Of a stretch of DNA of 64,000 nucleotides, positions 46,072-55,200 are shown piece after piece (the first letter of the stretch is position 1; each line of letters starts with the position of its first letter). The translations under genes and the position numbers were made by a program. The notes below the pieces were generated by a model that was given only the letters and a program-made list of their open reading frames with translations, was not told where the DNA came from and made no database searches. The stretch is from a virus: positions 29,642 to 93,641 of the IMG/VR virus record IMGVR_UViG_3300046507_000506; one strand, written 5' to 3'.

Positions 46072-46961
46072 GGGTTAAACATGAAAGTGTCGAACTGCGT
46101 GAACGTCAGTTGAATCTGCTGCATCTGCTGATCGGCGCGGTCAAGCTCAACGCTGATGGCGGCGGGCCGCATCACCCATATGCGTTCGAGTCCGCCGTAT
46201 CGCTGCATCGTGGCGTCATTGACGGCCGCCTGCAAAAGCCTGATCTGTACGAGATAGTCGGCAGGCAGGCCAACGGACCCATCATTGCGCGCAAGCGCCT
46301 CGAACCGCGTGTCATACCATCGCTGGATCGAGCCGTAGGCATCATCAAGCGTGGTGATGTGAATATCGGTACGCTCCGAGCCGTGGACGCTATCCATCTG
46401 CGCGGAACCGATGTTGATGGCTTCGCCGGACACCGTGCTCGGCTCGAACGAAACCGACGTGGCAAAGAGGTTGAACAGGCCCGAAGTCTGTCCCTGCGCG
46501 CCACCATTGGCGGGGAAGTAGTCGAGCAGTTCCAGATAGAACAGGTTTTTGCGGGCGAAATTCGTGCTCTGGATATCCTGCAAAATCTGCCGCGCCTCGA
46601 ACGGTGTGATGCCGCCGAGCAGCGGGATATCCATCGTCTCGTAAAGCATGCTTGTCGCGGCACTGTCTGTCAGCGCGCTATTGATGGACTTGCCGATACC
46701 CGTTTTTGAGAAAGCGGACAGGCCCGCGCCGACATAGTCGCCCGATAGCGCTTTCGAGAGCGCGCCGCTCATTGAAGGCGCGAACCTGCCAACGGCCGTT
46801 TTCAGCAGGCCGCTTGCCGCGCCCACACCTGAGAATCCACCCATGGAAAACGATGACGCCGACGTACCCGAATGCGCGCTCGTGCGATGGTTGACCTCAT
46901 CGAACTGCGTAGAATTCGAGCCGCCGCCGATAGCGTTTGCGACCGCGTCAAAGATGGACAT
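46068..46961 (-). CDS. Tail/baseplate protein (tube-like fold)
   Basis: DGSVGLPADYL..I motif; lies between portal and tape measure. Confidence 0.65.
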   Translation of the reverse strand: MSIFDAVANAIGGGSNSTQFDEVNHRTSAHSGTSASSFSMGGFSGVGAASGLLKTAVGRFAPSMSGALSKALSGDYVGAGLSAFSKTGIGKSINSALTDSAATSMLYETMDIPLLGGITPFEARQILQDIQSTNFARKNLFYLELLDYFPANGGAQGQTSGLFNLFATSVSFEPSTVSGEAINIGSAQMDSVHGSERTDIHITTLDDAYGSIQRWYDTRFEALARNDGSVGLPADYLVQIRLLQAAVNDATMQRYGGLERIWVMRPAAISVELDRADQQMQQIQLTFTQFDTFMFNP

Positions 46962-48580
46962 TATTCGTCTCCCTCACCGGGCGGGGGAGCCTTGGGCTTG
47001 CGCGGCGGCGCGCCGCCACCGCCGCCACCACCACCGAATCCACCGCCCCCGGCATCGCCGCCGCCGTCGTCAGGCTGCTCTTTGGGCATGCCCTTGACGA
47101 TCAGTTTTGCCTGGTCTTCATCAAGCAGCATGATTTTGGTGAGGACTTCGGTAAGCGCCTTATCGTCCAGTCCAAGGTCGCGCAACTGCTGAAGCGCCTG
47201 CACGAGCAGCAGGCCCGTATTCATGGCTTCGGTTTTGGTTTTCTGGCGTTCGGTTTCGAGCGCGGAAATCGTGCCGTAGAAGTTGACGTGCCACGGCCGC
47301 TCATCGGCCTCAAACACCACACCATATTTCAGGTGCGTGTGAATGTTGATGATGTGGTTGTAGAAGTCCGTGAGCCCGACGCGAATCAGGCGCGAGCGTT
47401 CGGCCGCCTGCGCGGAGGTGCGGAAAAACCCGCCATCGCCAAGGCCGCCCGCCAGCAGTTCGGAGAATCCGAGCATCGAGAGGTCGATGCCAAGCGCGCC
47501 GGACAGCAGCTTGGCATGGAACAACACGTCTTCAATGCTGAGGGAGCCGCTAGGGCCACGGCCGCCCCCATTGGTGAGGCTGCCATTGATCGCAGTGAGT
47601 TGCTTCTCGCCGGTGACCGGAATGATGTTGTAGACCCGTTCGAGCACCGGCTTGCCGCTTCTGATGGCATCCTCTGCGCGCTTTTTGCTGGCCCGCAGCA
47701 CATTCTTGATGTTGGTCATGAACGTGATGCGCTGCTCTTTGGTCATGCCGTCCTGATTGACGGTCATCATGGACTCATCGAGCGAATCGAGCACGCGCTG
47801 GCCCACGAGGCCCACGAGCGCCGCCGATAGCTGATCGTAGGGCTGCTCGGCAGCATCGAGAAACGAGCCGCCGATAAGCGAGGGCAGCAGCGGCAGGGCG
47901 TTGATATCGTCCTCAATCAGCGCCATCCGAATGGCCTTCTCCATCGCCCGCACCTGCGGGATATAGACCATGCGCGGCATTTTCATGCGCGCCATCTGAA
48001 AGAGGCTCAGCCGTTCGGTTTGGCGCTGGCCGGATGCGACGACAAATCCGACCGTCTGATTGCCGCGCTCATAGGAGGTCACCATCGACGGATGCACAAG
48101 CTCATCGACGTACACGTCGCAAACGCCTTTTTTGCCGTTGGTATAGACGCGCCCGTAGGCATCACCAAAGCCCGCGCCGTTAAATGCGACCGTGTACGCG
48201 ATCCGGTTAAAGATCGGCATGAGGTCTTTGGCGAGTTCGGCCGCGATTTTTTCTTTCTGCTTGTCCCCTTTAGCCTGCGGCGCGGTTTCAATGAATACCA
48301 CGTCGCCGGACGTTTCGTGACCGCCGAGCGCGGCCGTGACGTGCAGGCGCAATGCGGTCGAAATGATCGGGTCGCCGACCATTTCAATCCACTTGAGGTA
48401 AATCTGCATCCGGTTGCGCGCAACGCGCTTGCCGGTGCCGAGCAGCATCGAGATAGTCAGGCCGTCAGTGAGGGCGTCTGACTGTTCGGCGGCCGAGAGT
48501 TGATCTGATGCGCCAGCGCGGCTCAGGATCCGCGACAGAAAGCCTTTGGCCTTGCGCGTTACTTCCGTGGTTGTTTGCAT
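46961..48580 (-). CDS. Portal protein (P1 Prt-like)
   Basis: R.QIY....M..DP.ISTAL.LHV..AL; LGID.SMLGF...L.GGLG.GGFFRTS.QAA.R. Confidence 0.85.
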   Translation of the reverse strand: MQTTTEVTRKAKGFLSRILSRAGASDQLSAAEQSDALTDGLTISMLLGTGKRVARNRMQIYLKWIEMVGDPIISTALRLHVTAALGGHETSGDVVFIETAPQAKGDKQKEKIAAELAKDLMPIFNRIAYTVAFNGAGFGDAYGRVYTNGKKGVCDVYVDELVHPSMVTSYERGNQTVGFVVASGQRQTERLSLFQMARMKMPRMVYIPQVRAMEKAIRMALIEDDINALPLLPSLIGGSFLDAAEQPYDQLSAALVGLVGQRVLDSLDESMMTVNQDGMTKEQRITFMTNIKNVLRASKKRAEDAIRSGKPVLERVYNIIPVTGEKQLTAINGSLTNGGGRGPSGSLSIEDVLFHAKLLSGALGIDLSMLGFSELLAGGLGDGGFFRTSAQAAERSRLIRVGLTDFYNHIINIHTHLKYGVVFEADERPWHVNFYGTISALETERQKTKTEAMNTGLLLVQALQQLRDLGLDDKALTEVLTKIMLLDEDQAKLIVKGMPKEQPDDGGGDAGGGGFGGGGGGGGAPPRKPKAPPPGEGDE

Positions 48581-48607
48581 GGCGGGGACGTGAAAAGAAC
48601 AGCGTCC

Positions 48608-48650
48608 ATTGTTGACGGCGTTTTTTCATGCCCTTCGTTGCGTTTTCCTC
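48608..48650 (-). promoter_or_regulatory. Putative late promoter GAGGAAAA-N29-AACAAT
   Basis: Motif match upstream of the portal gene. Confidence 0.7.
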
Positions 48651-48666
48651 GTACCGCCCGGAAAGC

Positions 48667-48702
48667 AAAAAGCCCCTGTGACGCGTATCACAGGGGCTTT
48701 TT
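48667..48702. terminator. Bidirectional terminator
   Basis: AAAAAGCCCCTGTGA...TCACAGGGGCTTTTT. Confidence 0.88.
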
Positions 48703-48857
48703 GGGAGCTTCGAACAATGGATCGAGACTACACCCTTCCGGGGTTCTGTCGGCCTGGCCAGCCGACAGTATCGCGCCGTCACCACCACAGAGAGCGACGC
48801 GACGGAACGAACTATATCAAGCGCGCTTTTGCAGTGGAAGGGGCAACTATCTGATAG

Positions 48858-49082
48858 TTAGGCGCGCGTGGCGCGGCGCGCCGCCGCAATGAGCCCTTCG
48901 GCCATTTCGAGCGCTTCATCCGGCGTCATGTGCATGGACAGGGTACGCATGTCGTCATCGCTGGGCAGGGTAAAAAACTCGAGCTTGATGCCGAGCGCGT
49001 ACTGAGCACCGGTATGGATAGAAGCCGGTTGTACTGCAATCAGCTTCGCGTCGCGTTTGTTGAATTTTTCTTCTATTTTCAC
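48858..49082 (-). CDS. Hypothetical protein
   Basis: Likely GTG start at 49082; operon context. Confidence 0.55.
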   Translation of the reverse strand: MKIEEKFNKRDAKLIAVQPASIHTGAQYALGIKLEFFTLPSDDDMRTLSMHMTPDEALEMAEGLIAAARRATRA

Positions 49083-49086
49083 GCTG

Positions 49087-49236
49087 TCATTCCCCTTCAC
49101 AGTATTGGCACTTGTACTGTGCATGGCGCGGGCTTCCACAGGTCTTGCACGGCACGATTTTAGGCGCATACAAGTCGAGCACTTCACGCTCGCGCTTTCG
49201 GTACAAACGCCCGTCTTGCTTGATTTTGCGGTCCAT
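49087..49236 (-). CDS. Small zinc-ribbon protein (49 aa)
   Basis: Manual translation MDRKIKQDG...PCKTCG...YKCQYCEGE. Confidence 0.6.
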   Translation of the reverse strand: MDRKIKQDGRLYRKREREVLDLYAPKIVPCKTCGSPRHAQYKCQYCEGE

Positions 49237-49238
49237 GT

Positions 49239-49643
49239 TCAGTCTGCCGCCATCAGTTCGTCCGCTCCCAGGGCAGCGAGGGCCGTGCGCAGGTTGGCGA
49301 GCACAGTCGCCGTTTCATCGCCTTCCTCGCGCACGAATGCGACGCTATCGAGCAGGGCGATTGCGTCGGTCATAGCCTTGCGGACTACGCCGTTTTCGGT
49401 CAATCCATTCACCAGTTCGAGCCGCGCGCCTTTGGTGAGAGGGTGCCCGGTGTGATAGCCCTGAGCGTCAAGCACGGCCTGCGTGGGCGGTGCGTCGAGC
49501 ACGACCGCTGCAAACTCGTCATCCGTTGCCGCGCTCAATTGTTCGGCGAGCATGTCTTTTGCACGAGCGTCGGACAGAGTGAACCCGTCTGCAACCCATT
49601 CGCTCGACACGTCGAACCGAACAGTCCAAGAAAACATTTCCAT
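49239..49643 (-). CDS. Hypothetical protein
   Basis: WTVRFDV..EWVADGF.L; GGGGA RBS. Confidence 0.7.
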   Translation of the reverse strand: MEMFSWTVRFDVSSEWVADGFTLSDARAKDMLAEQLSAATDDEFAAVVLDAPPTQAVLDAQGYHTGHPLTKGARLELVNGLTENGVVRKAMTDAIALLDSVAFVREEGDETATVLANLRTALAALGADELMAAD

Positions 49644-49687
49644 GATGGTCCCCAAGGTTAAGCCCGGCACGGGGCCGGGCGAGTAGT

Positions 49688-49963
49688 TTAGCTTCCGTAG
49701 CCAGGCGAGAGGCAGCGTTCGGCGCGGCCTTCTGCGCGCACGTCAGCGGCAGCTTGCCAGTCGGCGCGAACCTCGTCTGCGGCGGCTTCCGGCGTGTCGC
49801 CGTCACGGAAGTACGTCTCGCAAATTTCGGCTTCGTCCGATACCAGTGCGAATTCGACACCCAAAATGCGCTCTACCTTACGCACGAAACGATCAAGTTC
49901 GCGCTCATCATCCGTTGTTGCGTTTTCGGCCTGCAACATCGTCAGCATGTTTTGCCCTTCCAT
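49688..49963 (-). CDS. Hypothetical acidic protein
   Basis: AGGGAG RBS before ATG 49963. Confidence 0.6.
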   Translation of the reverse strand: MEGQNMLTMLQAENATTDDERELDRFVRKVERILGVEFALVSDEAEICETYFRDGDTPEAAADEVRADWQAAADVRAEGRAERCLSPGYGS

Positions 49964-50031
49964 GTGTTGCTCCCTACGTGGTGGATTTGAGAAGCCCGGC
50001 GCGAACCGGGCGGGTTGGTGCGCAGCGCGCC

Positions 50032-50184
50032 TTATTCCACGGTCGCGACGAACAGATGCCAGTTCGGCACCTTCGTGAACCGGAAGCCGTTGCCCCAACA
50101 GTAGGCGCGGCATTCATCGTGCGTGCCACTGAACAGCACGTTTTCGCTCTTGTCTTCGACTCGCCACTTTGTTTGCGCTTCCAT
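50032..50184 (-). CDS. Small hypothetical protein
   Basis: AGGGAG RBS before MEAQTKWRVE. Confidence 0.55.
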   Translation of the reverse strand: MEAQTKWRVEDKSENVLFSGTHDECRAYCWGNGFRFTKVPNWHLFVATVE

Positions 50185-50307
50185 GCTGACTCCCTGCGTT
50201 GCGTTGGTGTATTGCAATAGTATGTTGTCACGAATCCAAATGCAACTACTTTTTGAAGCTGCAAAAAGTCTTTGCGCTTCCGACATTTTGCACCTACAAT
50301 AAGTGAC

Positions 50308-50577
50308 ATGAAAATCACTTTCGACCCGGCGAAAGACGCCATTAACAAAGAGCGGCACGAGGGTACGTCGCTCGCCGAAGCGGTGCGCATGGATTGGGAT
50401 GGCATGCTGGTAGTGCCGGACACGCGCAAAGCCTACGGCGAGGATCGTTACAGGGGTATTGCCCTGTTAGGTGACCGGTTGTACAGCGTAGTATTTACGC
50501 CCCGCGATGAAACGATGCGAATCATCAGTCTGCGCAGGGCCAGCAATAAGGAGATTGACGCATATGAGCACGACTAA
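50308..50577 (+). CDS. brnT: BrnT-family toxin
   Basis: ITFDPAK...N..RH...YGE.R.....L..RLY.VVFT.R....RIISLR.A. Confidence 0.92.
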   Translation: MKITFDPAKDAINKERHEGTSLAEAVRMDWDGMLVVPDTRKAYGEDRYRGIALLGDRLYSVVFTPRDETMRIISLRRASNKEIDAYEHD

Positions 50578-50866
50578 ACTGAAACGCAACACGGCCGCCG
50601 AGGAGGCGGCAATCCAGCGCGGCATCGCGGCTGACCCGGATAACCCGGAATGGACGGATGAGGATTTCGCTAAGGCGCGGCCGTTCAAAGAGGTCATGGC
50701 CAAGCGCATGGGCCGCCCGCCAAAGGAGAACCCGAAAGAGCAGGTGAGCATTCGATACGATGCGGACGTGGTTGCGGCATTCCGCTCGACCGGCGACGGA
50801 TGGCAAACGCGCATGAATGACGCGCTTCGCACTTACCTGAAAGAGCACCCACTCAGGGCGGCCTGA
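50564..50866 (+). CDS. brnA: BrnA-family antitoxin
   Basis: DNPEWT.EDF..A...GRP....PK..VSIR.D.DV...FR.TG.GWQTRMN.AL. Confidence 0.92.
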   Translation: MSTTKLKRNTAAEEAAIQRGIAADPDNPEWTDEDFAKARPFKEVMAKRMGRPPKENPKEQVSIRYDADVVAAFRSTGDGWQTRMNDALRTYLKEHPLRAA

Positions 50867-50915
50867 GCGTCAGGAACCAATCGTGCTGCGAGCGGTTATC
50901 AATGGGAGAGCCTTC

Positions 50916-51128
50916 ATGTGCTATGGAAACCCTGAAAAACTGCTCGCGATCATCATGCCGGACCCGATGCCGCGCAACGAGCGGGGGCACACCCCGCTAG
51001 ATGACTTCGACCACTTCTGCGCCTACTCTGGCCTGATCGAGGCTGAAGTCGGCGCACTCGCATTCGCCTGGGCAAAGTGCGGTTACGTCGCAGCATGGTT
51101 GACCCGCAATGCCGCTACCGCCCATTGA
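50916..51128 (+). CDS. Hypothetical protein
   Basis: Overlaps the ligase start; start codon uncertain. Confidence 0.45.
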   Translation: MCYGNPEKLLAIIMPDPMPRNERGHTPLDDFDHFCAYSGLIEAEVGALAFAWAKCGYVAAWLTRNAATAH

Positions 51129-51765
51129 AGCGTCGGACCTGATGCTTGCGACGGTTTTCAAGCGTCCATTCTCTGACGACGCCTGGCTGTTCGATCTTAA
51201 ATACGATGGCTACCGCTGTCTCGTGCGCAAGAGCGGCCCGCGCACAGAACTCGTCAGTCGGGAGGGGAACCTGCTCAATGCGTCATTCCCCGAAGTGGTT
51301 GCCGCCGTTGCCGCGCTGCCCGGCGACTTCGCGATGGATGCCGAGCTAACCGTGGATGAGGACACCGGGCGGTCGTCATTCGAGCGGCTTCAGCGGCGCG
51401 CTGTCACAAAGACGCCAAGGAATGTGCGCGCGGCGGCGTTGCAGAATCCGGCGCGGCTCTATCTCTTTGATGCGCTCGCGCTCGATGGCAAAGACCTGCG
51501 CGCGCTGCCGCTTGTCGAGCGCAGGCAGTATCTGCGCGGCGCGTTCGAGAACACGAACACGCTGATTCTCGCGAGTGGCATAGTCGGCGCGGGCGAATTC
51601 GTTTTTGAGCAGGTCAAAGCCCACGATCTTGAAGGCATGATTGCCAAGCGGCTTTCATCGCCCTATGTCCGGGGCCGCACGCGCGACTGGCTGAAAATCA
51701 AGTATCAGGACTACAGCCGTCAGGCCGCGTTAGGCTTCGGACGGAAGAAAAAAAGCCCCACCTGA
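51109..51765 (+). CDS. ATP-dependent DNA ligase, adenylation domain only
   Basis: KYDGYR motif I, DAEL, FD.L, EGMIAK, Y..GR..DWLKIK; ends before an OB domain. Confidence 0.85.
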   Translation: MPLPPIEASDLMLATVFKRPFSDDAWLFDLKYDGYRCLVRKSGPRTELVSREGNLLNASFPEVVAAVAALPGDFAMDAELTVDEDTGRSSFERLQRRAVTKTPRNVRAAALQNPARLYLFDALALDGKDLRALPLVERRQYLRGAFENTNTLILASGIVGAGEFVFEQVKAHDLEGMIAKRLSSPYVRGRTRDWLKIKYQDYSRQAALGFGRKKKSPT

Positions 51766-51774
51766 GCGGGGCTT
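51748..51774. terminator. Terminator between convergent genes
   Basis: AAAAAAAGCCCC...GGGGCTT. Confidence 0.65.
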
Positions 51775-51792
51775 CGCATTGGTGCGCCTGGC

Positions 51793-52185
51793 TTACTTCG
51801 GTTCCGCCTGATCCGGGTCGTACAGCAGGAAATCTGTGCCGTCGAGGTCGTACTCGTTCGACTGCACGCCGAACTGGCCCATGTTGTCGTCGGCAAACTC
51901 CCATGCCGCGATCAGTGTCAGTTCCGGCGTCTCGCACGCGTACTCGTTCGCCCAAATAGGCTCATCGTACTCACCCACACCGATATCGTTGGCGCGCAGC
52001 ACGCGCTTGACGGCCCACCAGTACGGGCCGTAGCGCAGATAGGCGCTGCGGTCGTGATTCAGAATCTTTGCAGTCTGCGCGACGAAAACGGGCAGCAACG
52101 GCTTTCCCTCGCCGACCTGAGCCTGATATTCGGCCTGCTTACCGGCCAGATATGCCGGGTCAATCTTATATGCCGTGATGGTCAT
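51793..52185 (-). CDS. Hypothetical protein downstream of darB
   Basis: YLRYGPYWWAVK.VL motif; AAGGA RBS. Confidence 0.75.
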   Translation of the reverse strand: MTITAYKIDPAYLAGKQAEYQAQVGEGKPLLPVFVAQTAKILNHDRSAYLRYGPYWWAVKRVLRANDIGVGEYDEPIWANEYACETPELTLIAAWEFADDNMGQFGVQSNEYDLDGTDFLLYDPDQAEPK

Positions 52186-52230
52186 GTTATTCCTTGTGCC
52201 CGCCGCCCCTTGCGAGGCGGCGGTGCGTCA

Positions 52231-55200
52231 TTAAGCGAGGTAGTCCGACATGTTCAGTCCAAGGTGCTTGAACAGAGAATTGACGGATGCAACCGGCTTG
52301 CCGTCGCTAAACGTCTCACCGTCTTTGATCGTCACGCGGAAGCACTTGCGAACGCTGTCAAACGTGCGCCCCTGCAAGCCCTCTGCACCCGCAGCAGCGA
52401 CCTTCTTTTGCGTGTCGGAGTAGCGAACGAACGTGATGTTAATGTACGTGTTCGCGTGATAAACAAAGTGCGCTGAGTAACGGTCAGCGAACTTTGTTTC
52501 GTCCGTCGTGCCGACGTCGGCACTCAGCACACCCGACAGCGAGCGGATCGCCGTCAGAATGCCCTGAATGTCCACGCCAGCGGCATCGAGCGCGCGAATC
52601 GACTTGGCCTTTTTCGCCCACTGGCACATTGCCGCCCACTTCTGCGAAATGATAGCAAGGGCGAGGGCATTAGCGTCCGCCCAGTTCTCGACATACAGCC
52701 GGGCGTTCTTCGACAGCGACATGGCGGCGCGCGCGTCATCAACTCCCACCTTCAGCTCGATGTAGTCGCCGGTGTCCGCGAACATCAGTTCAGTGAACTG
52801 GCGGCCGTACTCGCGGGTGATATCGGCAGGCATATACGAGCCATAGCCCGACGACGCGGCGGCGATTTCGTCATTGAGGAAACCGCCCTCAATAGCCGTT
52901 TTAAGCGCCGCCTCGATAGCCGCCGAAATGGCGTAACGCTGCGACTGGCTCACGACATACCAACGCTCCTTGCCGTCGTCAATCCTGTTCTGCTCACGGC
53001 GAAAGCGCGAGATATCGTAGCCGAGTGCCGATTCGAGCCGGTCAACCGTCAGGAAATCCTGCGCGTTGTTGAGCCAGTTCTGAGCCCACGTTTCGAGGTC
53101 TTCCGGCGACTTCGACTGTGCAACACCATCGGGCAGCGCGCGGAAAAACTCATCATTCAGGCCGAGCGAATCGAAGCACTTTTCCAGCGACAGGTACGAG
53201 GAAATGCAGGCCACGTCCTGAGCCGTCGCGCGCAGGCCCGTCGCGCGCGAGTAGTCGCGGATAGCCTTGCAGCGGCCGGGCACGTCCGTCGGCACCTTCG
53301 GGCCGATCACGCGCAGGTCTTTCAGGCGCACGTTATCGCGGAAATCGCGCTCTGCGATCAGCGATTCCTGTTCGGCCTTGATCCGGTCGGTGAATTCGCT
53401 GCCCACCGCGTCAGTAACGAGGATGAACGGGAACAGCGGCGGCGCGAGCGAAATCGTGTCCGGGTCCACCATCGTTGACGGAATGGCAACCGTGAGCGCT
53501 TCGCGCACGTCGGCATTGAGCGACGAATACAGGTAGGGGCTGCTCGCCGCGAAGCCGGACGGATTGTCTGCGATCACCCGTTCGTCAGCCGCCACGGCGC
53601 GCGCGATGGCCGCCGAGTATTGCGGCGTATTCTGTTCGAGATACACCGGGCCGGTGAGGCGCAGCAGTTCCGTTTCGGACTGGTCGGCCGGGTTGTAGCC
53701 GACAAAGCCCTTGGCGGCGTCCGTTGCCCTGCGCGGCTTCGTCACCACGAGCAGCTTGCCCTGATACTCCACCAGCGAGCCCACGGCCACCAGGTTGCCC
53801 GTCACGATAGCCGCATCGCCGCGCATGAACGCATCGAGCGTATCGCCCGTATAGCCGTCGTCGGTGCGGTTCTGGAACGTCACGGCGGCCTCATCGCGCA
53901 TGCGGTTTGCCATCGTCACGTCTTTCTGCCAGTTCGCATAGGCGGCCGTGGCTTTCTCGTCGTCGGTGACTGCCGACCATTCCGAGCGCACCACCACCAC
54001 GCCGCGCGAGTCACGCGGCAGGCCGTCGAGCACAGACGACTGGGTTTGCAGCTTCTGCGACAGGTCGGTAATCTGCCCGCGCAGGCGCGTGGCCATCAGC
54101 GTGGATTCCGTCTTGTCCAGGCGTTCCTGCAATTCGCCGATTTTTGCGGCGGTCTGCGAGACGATGCCGTTTTTGTTCTTGATCCACGCGGTAAAGCCCT
54201 TGCGGCCGTCCGCGTCGCGGTCGTCGGCGGCTCCCATGCCAAAGCGCGCGAGCCAGTTTGCTTGCGCCTCAATGATGCGCACGCTCTGCAACTGTGCGGC
54301 CTTGTTGACGGCCTGTTTCTGGCGCTTGTTGCGCGCGGAGATTTCATCGTTGATGCGATCCATCGCGGACGCATCGCCCACCGCATTCGCGAGCAGTTCA
54401 TAGTCGGAGGAGGTCATGTCGCCCTCAATCACGACCTTGGAGCCGTCGCCCTGCATGAGCGCACCGATCCAGTCCGCCTTGATACCCACGAGCTTGCGCT
54501 TGTACGCATCGAACGTGCCGTCAGCATCGTAGTGGTAGACCTTGACCGTCTCGACCGGGTTGCCCTGGCGAACGCCGCGACCGTTGCGCTGATGCACCGA
54601 ATCGGGCGTCCATCCAATCGTCATATGGTGGATAGCCTGCGTGCCCTTTTGCAGGTTGATGCCGACTTCCGCCTTTTTGTTGGCGATAACGATGGTGTAC
54701 TTGTTGTCCTCACCGTCGGCGTTATAGCCGTCCTGCACGTCCTGCATGCCCGCCACGTCCACCGACACGGCATTGACGATCTTGATCTTCGAGGCGGAAA
54801 TGCCGACCTGCTGCACGAGCGCGAGCTTGATCTTGTGGTGCAGGCTCAGTTCGTCACAGAAAATGATCTGCTTGGCCTGCCCGATGTAGCGCGGGTGCAG
54901 GTTTTCAAGCTTCACGTTTTCAATCAGCGCGGCCAGTTTCGGGCTCACGTTGATCGTCGGCGTGATGCTGCCCGCGTCGAGCAGCTTGAGCAGCGATTCC
55001 TGCGTCGAATAGTCCGTCGAGAGCAGTTCGATTGCGTTGCCCGTTTGCGCCATGCGCGCGCGGATTGTCACGAGGTATTTCGAGACGGATTCGCCCGTTT
55101 CCGCATCCTTGACGACCTTGGTACGAATGTCGGCCGGGTCCGCGTTCGAATCCCAGTAGTCGCGCTCCTCAACGATGTTCTTTTTGTTGAACCCGTCGAT

